A DNA stretch of 62,981 nt, the filler included, from Hyphochytrium catenoides (Eukaryota; Protista; Hyphochytriomycota): the NCBI GenBank assembly GCA_900088475.1. It is 4 parts of 4 records of this genome, joined end to end, with 100 filler letters (N's around TTAATTAATTAA, not from the genome) between each part and the next. Parts side by side here need not be neighbours in the genome. Positions count along the whole stretch, not along the records: positions 36,387 to 62,981 come from FLMG01003611.1; 3 more parts are not named here. The stretch is one strand, 5' to 3'. Both the position numbers and the translations under genes were made by a program. The notes under the pieces are model-generated. The model ran no database searches. It was not told the DNA's origin and worked only from the letters and a program-made list of their open reading frames with translations. Shown here in pieces: positions 60,992 through 62,981 of the stretch; the stretch's first letter is position 1, and each line of letters begins with the position of its first letter.

Positions 60992-61700
60992 ATGATGAAT
61001 GCGTCTGGGCACAACCTTGCCAATCCATCGACAGCGAGTATCTCGTCGAAGCAAGTTGAGGCGGAGCGATTAGCTAATATGAGCTACATGGAACGAATCA
61101 AGAATATGGAAACTCCAAAGCTTTTGAGAACAATGCGATTGGTGAATGTTGGTCTGGCTGCTCTGATGGCTCTCGCAGGATTCAGTGGCATGTTTGGCTT
61201 TATCACCCTGAACATCACCGGCACATTGATCTCTATCTACGTCATCTTATTCGCCCTCGTTCTCATGGTCTTCGAATGCCGACTCCAGTCCATGGAGCCA
61301 AAGATTCGGGAGAACTTCGGCTTCCTCTTCACGTATAAGGGTAGAGCCGCTTTCATCTTTTTTGTGGGCTTCCTCTGCTTTGGAATGGACACTGCCCTGG
61401 GGTACCTTAGCGGGTCTTTGATGGTCTTGAACTCCTTTTTCAACGCTTTTGTGCTATTCATGCATCCTCAGTTCCGCAGCGGTGGTCTTACTGGAGATGC
61501 GGACCCAACTGCAGGTTATACCACTGGTAAGTAGCTGCTCATCATGATGGACTGCATTACGCGGCGCAAGCTAACGACTTACGACGTTGCCTTCCGCAGG
61601 TCATGAAGAAGCGACTGGCTTCTTGATGAAAAACCCTAAGTTGGCCATGCAGGCAGGCTCTATCGCTCTGCAGTCGCAGGCCGGAGCTCACCATGTATGA
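60992..61700 (+). CDS. COPI-associated Golgi membrane protein (TVP15-like), two exons
   Basis: LISIYVILFALVLMVFE...ENFGFLFTYKGRAAFIFFVGFLCF signature; the second exon ends ...AGAHHV* at 61700. Confidence 0.85.
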
Positions 61701-61852
61701 GATATATTATGATAAATACAATGGAGTCGGTTTACGGTGCCATGAATGCATATCTGCATTCTTCTCAGTGAAGATAACAACGTCCCTGATATATCACTCC
61801 GGACACGTTGAACTCCATTAGTTAGCAGAACTAAAATTGCTTCTTGGTATCC

Positions 61853-62981
61853 TCACTCGTAGAGACTTCTGATGTGGAGATAGGCTTTTCTTGTCTCATT
61901 CTCGATATGTGACGCTTGATTGAAGTTGCCCAGCTCCGGGAACTCTTTGAAGAGTAGGGTAGGATTAAGGCTGAGAAGCAGCTGAACTCCTTGGCTAATG
62001 TCGTTCAAAGTGCGCCCTACATCTGGGTGCAACAGCTGGGTGCTTGACTGCTGGATTTCTAGCAGCTCCATACAGCTTCGGAGAAAGAGGAGGGCATGCT
62101 CCTTAAACCCTGGAGCATTTGTCCTCAGCAGCCTTTCCGAAGCATCCGAAACCAGTTTATGAATCTGAACGGTAACGATGTGCTGAGGATGGACAATCTC
62201 AAGCAGCTCAGACATGAGATCCAAAGTTAAATCCAGGCAATCTCGTGCCTGCCCCGCTGCCAGTAGCTCATGAGCAGTGCTTAAACGATCTTGGATCGAC
62301 TCTAGCGCACTGCTTATTCTTCCTGTGTCGACCATTGCGCGACATTTTTGGCACTTCCCAGACTTCCAGTCAACTAGACCCGGGCAACTCTTCCGTTTAT
62401 GATTGGGGCAAATGATGGCATCTAAAAGCGGTGTGCGGCCCATGCAGAACTCACACCGACACGTGAAAAAGAACTGCCGTGTTAGCTGCTTTTGCCGTCT
62501 CTCTGTCGATTGTTCAATGGGATGGAGATAAGCTATTGTGAGAGCCTCCCCTTTCTTGATGTCCCTTGCTGCTCTGACTTCAGAATAGGGGCTGCCATCT
62601 TCCTCCTCATTTCCAGAATATTTCACGCAGTTCGGATAGCACGAGTGGTTGAAGAGAGAAAGGTGGAGGTAAAGACCGCTGCTGTAGCCGTTGCATTGCA
62701 CCGCAAACATGAGGCGAAGGACTTCGTCTTCAGTTAACCCCAGATGCGCATAGTCTCTAGCCAAAGCAGCCACCTCTTCATGAGCTTCTTTTCGCTTTTC
62801 CGCTACCTTATCAGCTGGTATCTCGTCCAATGAAACTGGATGCAGCAACTTCATCGCCTGCAGCCGTTCCTGAGCGTCTGAGCTGCTCATCAAGGCGCGG
62901 ATGCTGATTAGGTCAAATGGTAGTTCATCAGTAACTTCAGGCCAAGTGAGGAAAGGCCTATCCTTCACAAGCAAGGTTCCG
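61853..62981 (-). CDS. SMYD-like SET-domain lysine methyltransferase (5'-partial)
   Basis: GLYLHLSLFNHSCYPNC, EVRAARDIKKGEALTIAY, post-SET FFFTCRCEFC, and a TPR-like C-terminal region. Confidence 0.88.
   Translation of the reverse strand, partial: GTLLVKDRPFLTWPEVTDELPFDLISIRALMSSSDAQERLQAMKLLHPVSLDEIPADKVAEKRKEAHEEVAALARDYAHLGLTEDEVLRLMFAVQCNGYSSGLYLHLSLFNHSCYPNCVKYSGNEEEDGSPYSEVRAARDIKKGEALTIAYLHPIEQSTERRQKQLTRQFFFTCRCEFCMGRTPLLDAIICPNHKRKSCPGLVDWKSGKCQKCRAMVDTGRISSALESIQDRLSTAHELLAAGQARDCLDLTLDLMSELLEIVHPQHIVTVQIHKLVSDASERLLRTNAPGFKEHALLFLRSCMELLEIQQSSTQLLHPDVGRTLNDISQGVQLLLSLNPTLLFKEFPELGNFNQASHIENETRKAYLHIRSLYE

Noticed and set aside
1-62981. Fragmented ORFs suggesting stop-codon reassignment or widespread pseudogenes
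   Set aside because: In the host genes checked, the breaks resolve with ordinary spliceosomal introns, and TAA, TAG and TGA all serve as true terminators.
17847-62981. Apparent cluster of chromatin genes (NASP, SETD9-like, CTR9, SMYD)
   Set aside because: They are spread over different contigs and mixed with unrelated genes, so chance is sufficient.

Overview
Intron-rich eukaryotic nuclear DNA (about 49% GC, GT-AG introns, CTAAC/CTRAY branch points, standard genetic code). It most likely comes from a flagellated stramenopile of the pseudofungal (oomycete/hyphochytrid-like) type; this assignment is inference. The window is four contigs (1-22792, 22893-26521, 26622-36286, 36387-62981) joined by 100-nt N44-TTAATTAATTAA-N44 linkers, so adjacency across those joins is unproven. 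Genes, most rebuilt by splicing exons by hand: multi-PAS hybrid histidine kinase, V-ATPase subunit H, PI 4-kinase, a CEP164-like WW/coiled-coil/kinesin-14 fusion, NASP, an EGF-7TM receptor-like protein, a BTB protein, an intronless voltage-sensor-like membrane protein (probably the N-terminus of an ABC exporter), an intronless phage/giant-virus-like Gly-rich fibre-repeat protein, LARP4-like, SETD9-like, an opine dehydrogenase ending in a PTS1 (SRL), CTR9 with an inserted beta-domain, F-box/LRR, CEP43/FOP, TVP15-like and SMYD-like. The 28-36 kb region is a transposon graveyard: stacked CRE-like non-LTR 3' ends, an internally deleted TIR element and a decayed ~440-520 bp tandem array. The best candidates for an undescribed system are (i) the exporter-like gene next to a virus-like fibre-repeat gene, (ii) a peroxisome-targeted opine dehydrogenase and (iii) the CEP164-WW kinesin-14. 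Gene coordinates are outer start-stop bounds from manual splicing, and no database searches were run.
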